Origin: Candidatus Bathyarchaeota archaeon
GTDB lineage: Archaea > Thermoproteota > Bathyarchaeia > Bathyarchaeales > Bathycorpusculaceae
Length of the DNA stretch: 64,000 nt
Assembly (NCBI GenBank): GCA_963815095.1
Contig: CAWFFH010000004.1
Location: 160,001-224,000, forward strand
Reading direction: 5' to 3'
Shown in pieces: positions 1 through 9,402 of the stretch. The notes beneath the pieces were generated by a model. That model had not been told where the DNA came from. It did no database searches and saw only the letters and a program-made list of their open reading frames with translations. The translations under genes were made by a program, and so were the position numbers. The stretch's first letter is position 1. Every line of letters begins with the position of its first letter.

Positions 1-502
1 GCTGTCTTTTTTGGTTGAAGCAGCAAAAAAAATAGTCAAAGAAAAAGCCGAGACCAAGTTTTTAATTGCTGGTGAAGGACCTCTGAAAAACCAGTTGAAG
101 GGTTCTCTTCAAAGCGCTGGTCTTTTAGGTAACTTTAAGTTTTTGGGTAATCTCAGAGACGACGCTCTTGCAGCTGTGTACAATTGCGCTGATGTGTTTG
201 TTTTGCCTTCTATTCAGGAAGGGCAGGGAATCGTGTTGCTCGAAGCGCAGGCGTCAGGTAAGCCCGTTGTAGCTTTTGATTTAGGTGGAATCAACGAAGC
301 TATTCTCAGGGGCGAAACAGGTTTGCTTGTAAAGCGGGGCAGCAATGAGGAGTTGGCGGATGCGTTGCTTCGCCTTCTTTCAGACGAGCCTTTGAGAGAA
401 AAGATGGGTGCTAACGGTCGGGGGTTTGTTACTCAGAACTTTACATGGGATATTTGTGCTCAAAAGATGCTTAGAGTTTATCGTGAAGCGTTAACTGACT
501 GA
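1..502 (+). CDS. Glycosyltransferase family 4 (GT-B), C-terminal part; 5' end outside window
   Basis: ADVFVLPS..EGQGIVLLEAQASGKPVV (E-x7-E motif). Confidence 0.9.
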   Translation, partial: LSFLVEAAKKIVKEKAETKFLIAGEGPLKNQLKGSLQSAGLLGNFKFLGNLRDDALAAVYNCADVFVLPSIQEGQGIVLLEAQASGKPVVAFDLGGINEAILRGETGLLVKRGSNEELADALLRLLSDEPLREKMGANGRGFVTQNFTWDICAQKMLRVYREALTD

Positions 503-1018
503 GACTTTGACTGATTTTGCCAATCGCTTAAAATCGTCTTCATCCATCCACTCAGTCCAAAGGTAACATCGAATTCGTTCCTCGCTTAACCCCAACCGAC
601 GTGCCTCTTGAACAGCATAACGATAAGCTTCAATTTCAGTAGGTCTATCAACGTAGTCATAGCGAGGGTCAAAGAGCTCTTTGCCCTCCATAAACTGCTT
701 CACGTGATACAATTCATGGATTAAATCAAGGTAAATCTCTGTTTTGTCGCCAGTGTTCAAGTAACTTTTACTTATAACAAGATGTCCGTCAGAGCCATCG
801 ACATACATGTAGCCCATAATCCAGCTGAGCTCCACTTTGAGGTGACTTAGAACTTCATCGGTTTTTTCGCCAAAAATGCCTTTGACAGCATCAACTTTTT
901 CCAAATTCTTAAAGTATTCTTTGAAAATTACCTTCTGGTTTCCAACCCCAAGAATATTAAAAGGTAGTTTTCTAAACAAACGCAAGATTCTAAATATCGA
1001 GTACTCTATAGCCGTCAA
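491..1018 (-). CDS. Hypothetical protein with HExxH (putative zincin metallopeptidase)
   Basis: LIHELYH plus downstream EIEAY; start uncertain. Confidence 0.6.
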   Translation of the reverse strand: MTAIEYSIFRILRLFRKLPFNILGVGNQKVIFKEYFKNLEKVDAVKGIFGEKTDEVLSHLKVELSWIMGYMYVDGSDGHLVISKSYLNTGDKTEIYLDLIHELYHVKQFMEGKELFDPRYDYVDRPTEIEAYRYAVQEARRLGLSEERIRCYLWTEWMDEDDFKRLAKSVKVSVS

Positions 1019-1033
1019 ATTGAATATCTGCTC

Positions 1034-2395
1034 CTATTTGAAATCGGAAAGGTACTCAAGCTTCATTCCCCGACGACCTAAATCATCCATTTCCTCAACG
1101 CTGCCGATGCTGGCGTCCACGTTACGGTGGATTGGATGACTCCACAAGCCTTCGGGAGCGAGATTAAACTGCAAGGGTATCCTCACGTTAAGATGGTACT
1201 TCTGATTTAATTCCTTAAGTAATTTGCTCTCCCTACAGGCGGTGCGGGCGTTAGCGTAGCTTTGCAGTAGCTGTGAAGCACCCCATGCACCAACACCATG
1301 CCACATCGTCGCATCTTCAGGTGAAGCCATGGAGTAGAGGAAAAACTGCGGCGAAGAAGGCGTCTCCGCGTAACTGTAATCTGACAGTTTTTCGCCGGCC
1401 ACCGTGAATTTGTCGTCGCATACGGCGACGGCTATATCTTGGGGGTCCATTGCATTTGGGTAAAGCGCAGTAGTCTTGTATGTTACTGTGGCATCAAGGA
1501 ATTTTCCGTTTTCAAAATGCAATTTACCCCTTGCCGCCCGTTTGGAGCCATAGCCATTTTTTGAATGGGGTATAGTTAAGAGGGTAGTGCGTTTAGTCAT
1601 ACTGCGGCCCATGCAGGTGTAAGCTGACTCAACTGATGCGTAATCATGGTTGCTTTCGCTTATGATGTAGTGGAGTAAACCATCCTTATTCTCTACCTTT
1701 AGCGTGGATAAGGGCATACGCAATGAATACAACGATAAATCCATGCCGAAAAACGTCGACAGTTCAATGATTTGAGTGTATTTTATTGAATCCGAGAAGT
1801 CAAGATAGTTGCCATTACTCTCTTTTAGTGCATCTGTAATCAGTTCACATTCCTTTTTGGAAATCATGCTGCCATCATACTTTTTAGCATATGCTTCATC
1901 AATTTTAAGCCCATCAGTTGTGACGTTGACTGCTGGAAACGCGCTTTGGCCGCTATCCACTATAGATTGCTTGAGTGGATTCATAGAATACCTGTCTGCT
2001 TCCACGTCATCAGTGTTTAGCAGAAAGGGTACGATGTAGCCGCGTGTGGGCTTCTTTAACAACTCCATCAGCGCCGTTACGTCGTCGGCGGTTGGTTCTT
2101 GCAGACCCCGCTCAAGGTAATAGTTAGCGCATGTCTCAAGCAACCGAGTTCCAATGATGCCTTGCACCTCTTCCACGGTCAACTGCGGATTCGTATACTC
2201 AACAGAGCTACGTAGGTAAAATCGTTCATCCGCAAAGGGCACTGACATTTTCTTGCCGTTATTATATTGGAAAAGCGTTACTTTGCGGTTCGGTGTTTTT
2301 TCCTTTGCTGCAGCGACGCCTTCCAGTAGCACCTTAACTGTTGAAAAAGAGGTCTTCAAAAAGTCCTCTAGTAGTACCTTACAATAATTAACCAT
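1034..2395 (-). CDS. Hypothetical protein, 453 aa
   Basis: Long ORF, 3 bp downstream of GNAT gene; no family recognised. Confidence 0.75.
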   Translation of the reverse strand: MVNYCKVLLEDFLKTSFSTVKVLLEGVAAAKEKTPNRKVTLFQYNNGKKMSVPFADERFYLRSSVEYTNPQLTVEEVQGIIGTRLLETCANYYLERGLQEPTADDVTALMELLKKPTRGYIVPFLLNTDDVEADRYSMNPLKQSIVDSGQSAFPAVNVTTDGLKIDEAYAKKYDGSMISKKECELITDALKESNGNYLDFSDSIKYTQIIELSTFFGMDLSLYSLRMPLSTLKVENKDGLLHYIISESNHDYASVESAYTCMGRSMTKRTTLLTIPHSKNGYGSKRAARGKLHFENGKFLDATVTYKTTALYPNAMDPQDIAVAVCDDKFTVAGEKLSDYSYAETPSSPQFFLYSMASPEDATMWHGVGAWGASQLLQSYANARTACRESKLLKELNQKYHLNVRIPLQFNLAPEGLWSHPIHRNVDASIGSVEEMDDLGRRGMKLEYLSDFK

Positions 2396-2398
2396 AAA

Positions 2399-3238
2399 TT
2401 ATCCTCTTTCTAAAGATTCAGCCAAGTATATACAATTTTTCGAGACATTTGGCCCAAAGAACATTCGCACAACGGAAAAATCTTCCTTAAAACCTGCGGC
2501 AGAAAGAGTGACCGCTAGGGCAGTTTCTTTTTTTGGTAGCGCAACGTAAACGCTCCTGCCAGTTAATTTTGTAAGAACCGCTTTTAGCAACGAGACCGCA
2601 GCTTCAATATTATTCTCTTGGCAGGTTAAGGGTCCAACCCAAGCCATCGTCTCATAGACCGTAGCTGCCACATACCCAACAATGTTGTTCCCATTAGACT
2701 TGTAATAGCTCAAGTTACCTTCTTCGAGGATGATGGATTCGAGCAGTTTTTTTCTCTCGCCGCCGAAACATCGGCAGTCAAACTTTTCTATTTGTTGGAT
2801 ATTTTGGGTCTCGACTTTCGGCAAAGCTTCAGCTGACACCGAGCTAAGTTTAGGCGTATGCATTAAAGAAAAATCCTCATCAACCCGGAAACCCAAGTTG
2901 CCGTAGAATCGAGTGAGGTTAGGATAAGCGTACAACCCAATGGTTTCAACTCTCTTGCTGCGTAAATAGTTGATGGCATGTTTCACAAGAAGACTTCCCG
3001 CACCGTTGCCGCGGTATTCTTTTTTTACAATAAGGTTGCCAAACCAGCCTACTTTGCGATAATTGATGCATGTAGCAATACCTATAGGTGTTGAATCGTC
3101 AAAAAGAACCAAGCAGCCTTCTGGTTCAAGTTGAGCCATGAATTGGAAATCTTCTCGGGCCATGCTCCAATCCATAGTGTTGGCTAATTCGGTGGCGAAA
3201 AAAAAGTCTTCAGAGCGCATTTGTTTTACTTGGAGCAT
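2399..3238 (-). CDS. GNAT N-acetyltransferase (tandem GNAT, YitH-like)
   Basis: LIVKKEYRGNGAGSLL acetyl-CoA motif, FYGNLGF, C-terminal VGPL. Confidence 0.85.
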   Translation of the reverse strand: MLQVKQMRSEDFFFATELANTMDWSMAREDFQFMAQLEPEGCLVLFDDSTPIGIATCINYRKVGWFGNLIVKKEYRGNGAGSLLVKHAINYLRSKRVETIGLYAYPNLTRFYGNLGFRVDEDFSLMHTPKLSSVSAEALPKVETQNIQQIEKFDCRCFGGERKKLLESIILEEGNLSYYKSNGNNIVGYVAATVYETMAWVGPLTCQENNIEAAVSLLKAVLTKLTGRSVYVALPKKETALAVTLSAAGFKEDFSVVRMFFGPNVSKNCIYLAESLERG

Positions 3239-3373
3239 ACATGTTAAGGTGAAGGTAGGTCTTACAATTAAGTTTGCTTATTCAGAAGGCAACAACAAAA
3301 CCTTTATTTTCCAAGTTAACTCAAATAGAATGATAATTTTAGTCAACATAATTGCTTTGATGTTTAACGAAGG

Positions 3374-4165
3374 GTGAACAAATTAGTGGTTAAAACAATA
3401 GGAAAATTTAGAAGACGTATTATCGTTCTATCGGTAATCTGGTTAGTGTTACTGCTAGCCACCTTGCTCTTCTTATCTTCCCTTGCCGCCCTATTTAGCA
3501 GTAACCCTGAAGGCCGAACCCTTGGAAGCCTAAGTTGGGCTGGATATATTGTTTCTCAAGACTTTAATTCTCCATTCGGAGTCACGGCTATTGAAGCGTC
3601 TTGGATGGTGCCGCAGCTAAATGTTTCAGCTGAGGACGGTTACTCTTCGGTATGGATTGGAATTGGAGGTCAGAGAGAGAAAAGTTTAATTCAAGTTGGT
3701 ACAGAACAGGATTTATCAAATGGACAGGAAACCTACAATGCTTGGTATGAACTGCTTCCTGACTATTCAGTAGCAATAAACGGGTTAACAATCAGTCCTG
3801 GAGACACCATTGTTGCCTCGCTAACTTTGACTAATGCTAAGGCAAATATTTGGAATATTGAGTTAAGCGACTCAACAAACGGACAAACTTTCATTATAGG
3901 TGTCAGTTACAATTCGTCACTAACTTCAGGCGAGTGGATATTAGAAAGACCAAGTGTAAACAACCAAATTAGCAACCTGAGTGATTTTGGGAACGTTCCT
4001 TTCAGCAACTGTCGGGTAACAGTGAACAATGTTCAAGGCTCAATTGACAACTTTATATATTCTAAAATTCAGATGACAAATCAACTGAGTACGTCTTTAG
4101 CTTCCGTTTCAACGCTCACCTCAAAAGGATCTGGTTTCATAGTTAATTATTTAGCCAACAGCTAA
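3374..4165 (+). CDS. Glutamic peptidase family G1 (eqolisin-like), membrane-anchored/secreted
   Basis: SWAGY, WIGIGG, LIQVGT (catalytic Q), AWYE, EWILERP (catalytic E); N-terminal hydrophobic segment. Confidence 0.85.
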   Translation: MNKLVVKTIGKFRRRIIVLSVIWLVLLLATLLFLSSLAALFSSNPEGRTLGSLSWAGYIVSQDFNSPFGVTAIEASWMVPQLNVSAEDGYSSVWIGIGGQREKSLIQVGTEQDLSNGQETYNAWYELLPDYSVAINGLTISPGDTIVASLTLTNAKANIWNIELSDSTNGQTFIIGVSYNSSLTSGEWILERPSVNNQISNLSDFGNVPFSNCRVTVNNVQGSIDNFIYSKIQMTNQLSTSLASVSTLTSKGSGFIVNYLANS

Positions 4166-4452
4166 AAAATAAGCTACCTGCCAGAAGATGTAATCTCAGA
4201 ATTATCCTGTTATTTCTTTATTGATCTTGAGAGCAATTTTATCCTGTCTTTAGTTTGCACTTTTTCATACTGTTTAGGTTCTCGAATTTGGGAAAGCCGT
4301 CATTAATAACTGCCTAAAGTCGGATTTACCTTTTTTTAGTTTTTCTTTTTGTTAAAAGTTATGATCCAATAATTCCTTGGGATACATAACATACCTTTGT
4401 TGTTGTATGGTAGCAGTCACATCATTTCTTATCTTTCAAGATACTATACAAT

Positions 4453-4469
4453 GTATTGTGACACAATAC
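4453..4469. promoter_or_regulatory. Perfect inverted repeat GTATTGTG-A-CACAATAC, candidate operator
   Basis: 8-1-8 palindrome just upstream of AGGTG RBS and ATG 4485. Confidence 0.4.
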
Positions 4470-4484
4470 TTCAGGTGTTTTGAT

Positions 4485-5024
4485 ATGATTTGGAAACATC
4501 TAAAAAAACAACTAAACAAAAATAATGAACGACTAAAAAAACTAAAAACCTCATGCTTTATCCCAGCCCACAATCATGTCAAAAGAAAGACAATACTCGC
4601 CGCAATATGCATCTTAACCTTAATAGCGCTAATTGCCTCCATCGCGGATTTCGGTTCAATCAAAAGCGTGGTCAAAGCAGATTCTGTTATTGGAATAGGC
4701 GTTGGGGTTTACTGGGATAAGGATTGCTCAAATGCTACCAATTCCCTTAGTTGGGGGTCAATTGATCCAAATTCAAACAATAATTTAACTGTATATATGC
4801 GAAATGAAGGCAATTCAGCAGTTACACTAAAATTAAGTGCCTCAAACTGGATCCCATCAAATACATCAAGTTACATATCCCTCAATTGGAATTACACTGG
4901 ACAAGTCCTAAAAACAAATGAAGTAGTACCAATAAAATTAACACTAACGGTTAGCCCCGCAATATATGATATAATTGATTTTAGCCTTCAAACGACTATA
5001 ACATCAGTAAGCGAACAAAGTTAA
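4485..5024 (+). CDS. Hypothetical membrane-anchored protein with Ig-like beta-sandwich
   Basis: TM helix then GVGVYWD..C..L.WG..YMRNEGN; start moved to ATG 4485 behind AGGTG. Confidence 0.65.
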   Translation: MIWKHLKKQLNKNNERLKKLKTSCFIPAHNHVKRKTILAAICILTLIALIASIADFGSIKSVVKADSVIGIGVGVYWDKDCSNATNSLSWGSIDPNSNNNLTVYMRNEGNSAVTLKLSASNWIPSNTSSYISLNWNYTGQVLKTNEVVPIKLTLTVSPAIYDIIDFSLQTTITSVSEQS

Positions 5025-5263
5025 ACTGGATAAATTCGATTTTTATTGAGAAAAAGACTACGAATAAAGTTCAAAACAAAGCCAATAATCATAAAACCTA
5101 AAATGTAAAAAAAGGAAATTGCATTAATCAATAGGTTTCTTTTCTCTGAGAATATTTCAAAACGTCTAACCAAGTTAATTGTTCGACTAATGTGGCTCTA
5201 TAATTAAAATTAACAAAGCTTATATTAAGAGTTAAGTAACAATAGATGTGCAGGTGACGACTA

Positions 5264-5473
5264 ATGGTCAACAGAGGAAAACCAAACAAATTCAAAGTAA
5301 TTCTATTGGCACCAATCTGCGCAATTGTTTTCCTTGTCGGTTGGGTTCTTTATTGGATAGGGCAGTCAAACACAAAGCAACAACAAAAAACAATAAACAA
5401 AATGCAGGCAAAGCAAGATCGTGCCGAGTTAATCATGATTCCACTGGAAGAAAACAAACCCATAACAAACTAA
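5264..5473 (+). CDS. Small single-TM protein
   Basis: AGGTGA RBS; hydrophobic LLAPICAIVFLVGWVLYWIG. Confidence 0.6.
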   Translation: MVNRGKPNKFKVILLAPICAIVFLVGWVLYWIGQSNTKQQQKTINKMQAKQDRAELIMIPLEENKPITN

Positions 5474-5768
5474 ACCACAAACCTTTGATTTGTCCATTAT
5501 TTCTTTAACATTGGGCATATTCACCTATGCACCAAACTTAATTTCAAATGGTCCATAATGCAGGGTGAATATCGTCTTTTTCGACTTTGTATGTGAAAAT
5601 CATTTCACTATAGAGCGAGTTATAGAGTCTTCTAAATCGTTTAAACAGCCGAAAAGACCACTAATGGGTCTCTAGGCTAAAAAAAAACCAAGTGAGTACG
5701 CTTGTTGCCAAAAATTGAGATAAAAATGAAACAATAAAAAAGAAAAAAGTTTGAATTATAGTTTAGGT

Positions 5769-7685
5769 CTACTTTACTTTGTAGTCTTCTGAGTCGACCA
5801 CTTGCTCGCCTTCTGGGCCTACTTGTTGTTCTGGTCCGCCCTCTGGAGGCATTTCTGGACCTGGACCTTCCTGCGGTCCTTGTCCTGGCTGTGGTCCCTG
5901 CTGCTTTGCTGCCTCAGCTGCTGCTTGTTGATACACTTTTGTTCCCACTTCTTGCAGAACCTTCTGAAGCGCGTCTGATTTTGTCTTGACTTGTGTCATG
6001 TCATTGCTTGCTAAGGCATTTTTGAGTTCAGTTACGGCTGCGTCAAGCTTAGCGACTTCTTCGGGGCTGATTTTGCCTGAAAGGTCTGATTTGGTGCGTT
6101 CAGCGGTGTAGACGAGGCTGTCTGCGTTGTTGCGTGTTTCGGCTTCTTCTTTCTTCTTGCGGTCTTGCTCAGCGAACTGCTCAGCGTCTTTGATTAACCG
6201 TTCCTTCTCTTCTTTTGAGAGTTTTGTCGAGGCTGTGATGCGGATTTTGTTTTCTTTTCCTGTGGCTCGGTCTTTAGCAGATACGTTTAGGATGCCGTTG
6301 GCGTCTATGTCAAAGGTTACCTCAATTTGTGGAACACCTCTGGGTGCCGGGGGCAAGTCAACGAGGTTAAATTCGCCCAGTGAAACGTTGTCAGATGCCA
6401 TTGCGCGTTCGCCTTGAAGTACATGAATGGTGACTGCGGTTTGGAAGTCTGCGGCTGTGGTGAAGACTTGGCTGCGTTTGGTGGGGATTGTTGTGTTTTT
6501 CTCCATGACTTTTGTGAATACGCCGCCCATTGTTTCTAAGCCAAGGGTGAGTGGGGTGACATCTAGGAGTAGTAGGTCGGTAACTTCGCCTGTGATGACT
6601 CCTGCCTGGATAGCTGCACCAATAGCAACACACTCCATGGGGTCAAGTCCGCGTTCAGGTGCTTTGCCCAAAATCTGCTCCACGAACCGTTGCACAAGGG
6701 GCATTCTGGTCATGCCGCCGATAAGGATGATTTTGTCCACTTGCTGTGGTGTAAGTTTGGCATCTTCCAAGGCTTTTAGTAATGTTGGTCTTGTGCGTTC
6801 AACGATTGGTTGTGCGAGAGATTCAAGCTTTGTTCGAGTTAAGGTTAGTTTTAGGTGTTTTGGTCCTGAAGCGTCAGCAGTTAAGAATGGTAGGTCAATG
6901 TCGGTGCTCATAAGCGTGGAGAGCTCGATTTTGGCTTTTTCCGCAGCTTCTTTGAGCCTTGACATAGCCATTCGGTCGCCTGATACGTCAACGCCTGTTT
7001 GACGCTTAAACTCGGCTAAGATGTAATCCATTATTGCTTTGTCAACATCTGTTCCACCAAGCTGGGTATCGCCACTGGTGCTTAGAACTTGGAATACTCC
7101 TTTTCCGAAGTCCATCAATGTAACGTCGTGGGTGCCGCCGCCGAAGCTGAACACGAGAATTTTCATTTCGTGCTGGAGTTTGTCGATGCCATAGGCAAGA
7201 CATGCCGCGGTGGGTTCGTTGATGATTCGCATTACTTGGAACCCCGCGATTTCGCCTGCGTCTTTGGTGGCTTGCCGTTGGTTGTCGTTGAAATGGGCTG
7301 GGCAAGTGATGACTGCTTTGTTGATTGTACCGCCTAGGTAAGTTTCCGCGTCCTTCTTGATTTTCTGAAGAATGAACGCTGAGATTTGCTGAGGTGTATA
7401 ATCTTTGCCGTAGATGTTGATTTTGTAGTCGGTGCCCATCTTACGTTTTATTTCGAAGACTGTACCTTCTGCGTTTGTGGTTGCTTGGCGTTTCGCCGAT
7501 TCACCCACCAAAAGTTGGCCTTCTTTGGTAAAGGCTATCACTGACGGAAACATTTTGCCCGCCATTGTGGGTCCTTCTGCGCTTGGAATAACCGTTGAGT
7601 GTCCGCCTTCATAAATGGCGGCTGCTGAATTGGTTGTTCCTAAATCGATTCCTAATACTTTTTCGTTTGTTTTTGGATTACTCAT
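5769..7685 (-). CDS. dnaK: Chaperone DnaK (Hsp70), divergent phosphate-2 motif
   Basis: [41 protein letters not shown]. Confidence 0.97.
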   Translation of the reverse strand: MSNPKTNEKVLGIDLGTTNSAAAIYEGGHSTVIPSAEGPTMAGKMFPSVIAFTKEGQLLVGESAKRQATTNAEGTVFEIKRKMGTDYKINIYGKDYTPQQISAFILQKIKKDAETYLGGTINKAVITCPAHFNDNQRQATKDAGEIAGFQVMRIINEPTAACLAYGIDKLQHEMKILVFSFGGGTHDVTLMDFGKGVFQVLSTSGDTQLGGTDVDKAIMDYILAEFKRQTGVDVSGDRMAMSRLKEAAEKAKIELSTLMSTDIDLPFLTADASGPKHLKLTLTRTKLESLAQPIVERTRPTLLKALEDAKLTPQQVDKIILIGGMTRMPLVQRFVEQILGKAPERGLDPMECVAIGAAIQAGVITGEVTDLLLLDVTPLTLGLETMGGVFTKVMEKNTTIPTKRSQVFTTAADFQTAVTIHVLQGERAMASDNVSLGEFNLVDLPPAPRGVPQIEVTFDIDANGILNVSAKDRATGKENKIRITASTKLSKEEKERLIKDAEQFAEQDRKKKEEAETRNNADSLVYTAERTKSDLSGKISPEEVAKLDAAVTELKNALASNDMTQVKTKSDALQKVLQEVGTKVYQQAAAEAAKQQGPQPGQGPQEGPGPEMPPEGGPEQQVGPEGEQVVDSEDYKVK

Positions 7686-8222
7686 TTATTTTTTTTCCTC
7701 CGTTTGGTTACTTTGATTTTGGTTTTTTGTTGGCTTAACAGCTACTTTTACTATGGTTGGTCTAATGACCTTACCCTTCATAATGTAGCCTTTTCTGATT
7801 TCTTCAAGCACCGTGCACTCCGGAACATCGTCCTTTTCTTCAGTGACGATGGCGTTGTGGCGGGCAGGATCAAAAATTTTGCCTTCGGGGCTCTCTATTG
7901 GTGTAACGCCTTCTTGCTCAAGAACCTTTCTGAGCTTCTTTAGGGTCATCTCGATGCCTTCGATAAGCGATTCAGGTTCCGTGGAGATTTCGCCGTTTTT
8001 GACAGCAAGTTCCAACTCATCCAGTACATCTAACAATGAAATGATTAAGCGTTCGTTCCCATAGTTTCTAATTTGCTCCGCTTCCCTATCATAGCGCTTC
8101 TTGAGATTTTCGAAATCTGCTTGTAAATACTTAAGCCTAGTCAGATAATCTTCGGAAAGCTTCTTTTCAGATTCCAGAAGCTCTTCAAAATTAACTGGCT
8201 GAGGCTGTTGTTCATCAACCAT
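7686..8222 (-). CDS. grpE: Nucleotide exchange factor GrpE
   Basis: LQADFENLKKR, FDPARHNA, KGY..G.VIRP; abuts dnaK. Confidence 0.95.
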   Translation of the reverse strand: MVDEQQPQPVNFEELLESEKKLSEDYLTRLKYLQADFENLKKRYDREAEQIRNYGNERLIISLLDVLDELELAVKNGEISTEPESLIEGIEMTLKKLRKVLEQEGVTPIESPEGKIFDPARHNAIVTEEKDDVPECTVLEEIRKGYIMKGKVIRPTIVKVAVKPTKNQNQSNQTEEKK

Positions 8223-8356
8223 TAGCTTGTCCTCCTCTTGCTAGATGAAGGCAAACTAATAAATGCAGTCTGTGGTTGAGAACGGCGGCATTTTGTTTTT
8301 GTAAGTAAATATGCTGATGTTGAAGTCGTTTTTTGAAATGCCATGAAGTTATCTCC

Positions 8357-8761
8357 TTAGCTGATGTATTTTGGTTTTTTGTTTTTTGCTATTTCGGTTT
8401 CTTGGGGTGGTAGGGCTGGAGTTTGGCTTTGGTTTATTTGTTCGCCTTGAGTGAGGCCTGCTTGTTCAACAAGTTTTTTGAAGATGATTTCAGCGACTTG
8501 GTCTCCGACAGATTCTTCTTTGAGTTCGTTGCTAAAGGCATGTTTTTTGAAGGATTCTACTATCTCATTTTTGTCTATTACAACGTTGGGTTTTGAGCTG
8601 TCGTTCCATGCTTGAGACATTACTTTGTGGCCTAATTCTATGAATATGTTGACCATTGTTGTGTAGTCTATGTCTAAGGGTGTGTCTCCAGTTAGGAATC
8701 GTCCCTTTGTGAGTAGGATTTTTTTGTCGTTTTCTGGGGTTACTGTTAAACTTCTACGCAT
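8357..8761 (-). CDS. Hypothetical protein, possible RHH-like regulator heading the grpE-dnaK operon
   Basis: ATG 8761 behind GGTGA RBS; N-terminal strand-helix-helix pattern MRRSLTV.PENDKKI..IDYTTMVNIFIELG. Confidence 0.55.
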   Translation of the reverse strand: MRRSLTVTPENDKKILLTKGRFLTGDTPLDIDYTTMVNIFIELGHKVMSQAWNDSSKPNVVIDKNEIVESFKKHAFSNELKEESVGDQVAEIIFKKLVEQAGLTQGEQINQSQTPALPPQETEIAKNKKPKYIS

Positions 8762-8953
8762 ATATTCACCAGTGTAAAAGTGCTTTATGCACCGCTTCAC
8801 CTGAAGCACACCTGTGCATGCTCGCTTATATGTTTTCTGGCAAAATAGAGGAAAAAGATATGCCTACAAGAACGAAATCGCAACCTCATTCATTTTATGA
8901 TTAACTTCAAATTGGAAGTTACGGATTATCCCAAAAGAATCTCTGCAAGCACT

Positions 8954-9295
8954 CTATGGTACTGGGGTAGGGGTAGGAATCAGGGTAGCATTTTCGATTA
9001 GGGTCATTTTGTTGTTGAAATCGATTCGGCAATCAAAAATGTAGCTTTGGTTTTCTTGGATGCGCTCGTATAGAGATGGATTATTCAGAATATACAGGGC
9101 TTGATTGTCTTGGAGATTAACGGTGTAGTTTGCTGGGTGGCTGTCTAAAATTGGTTCCTTTGAAACCACAAGTCCCCTTGTAACATCTGGTATTTTGGAA
9201 TTATCTATGGCATTCTCAGAAATGAAGATAATAGTTCCTAAAGTTGCAACAGAAACTAGTATGGCTACAACAACCACAATTTTGAATGCGTCCAT
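8954..9295 (-). CDS. Hypothetical membrane-anchored protein
   Basis: N-terminal TM helix, 113 aa. Confidence 0.6.
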   Translation of the reverse strand: MDAFKIVVVVAILVSVATLGTIIFISENAIDNSKIPDVTRGLVVSKEPILDSHPANYTVNLQDNQALYILNNPSLYERIQENQSYIFDCRIDFNNKMTLIENATLIPTPTPVP

Positions 9296-9402
9296 ACTAA
9301 TGCCCCAATAAATAAATGGTAAACGTTTGATTAGTATATAAAAATGGTGCCCTGCCCAATCAATCCTTCAGGCCGCTTAAATTGGAAGGATTTGCCAGGC
9401 CA

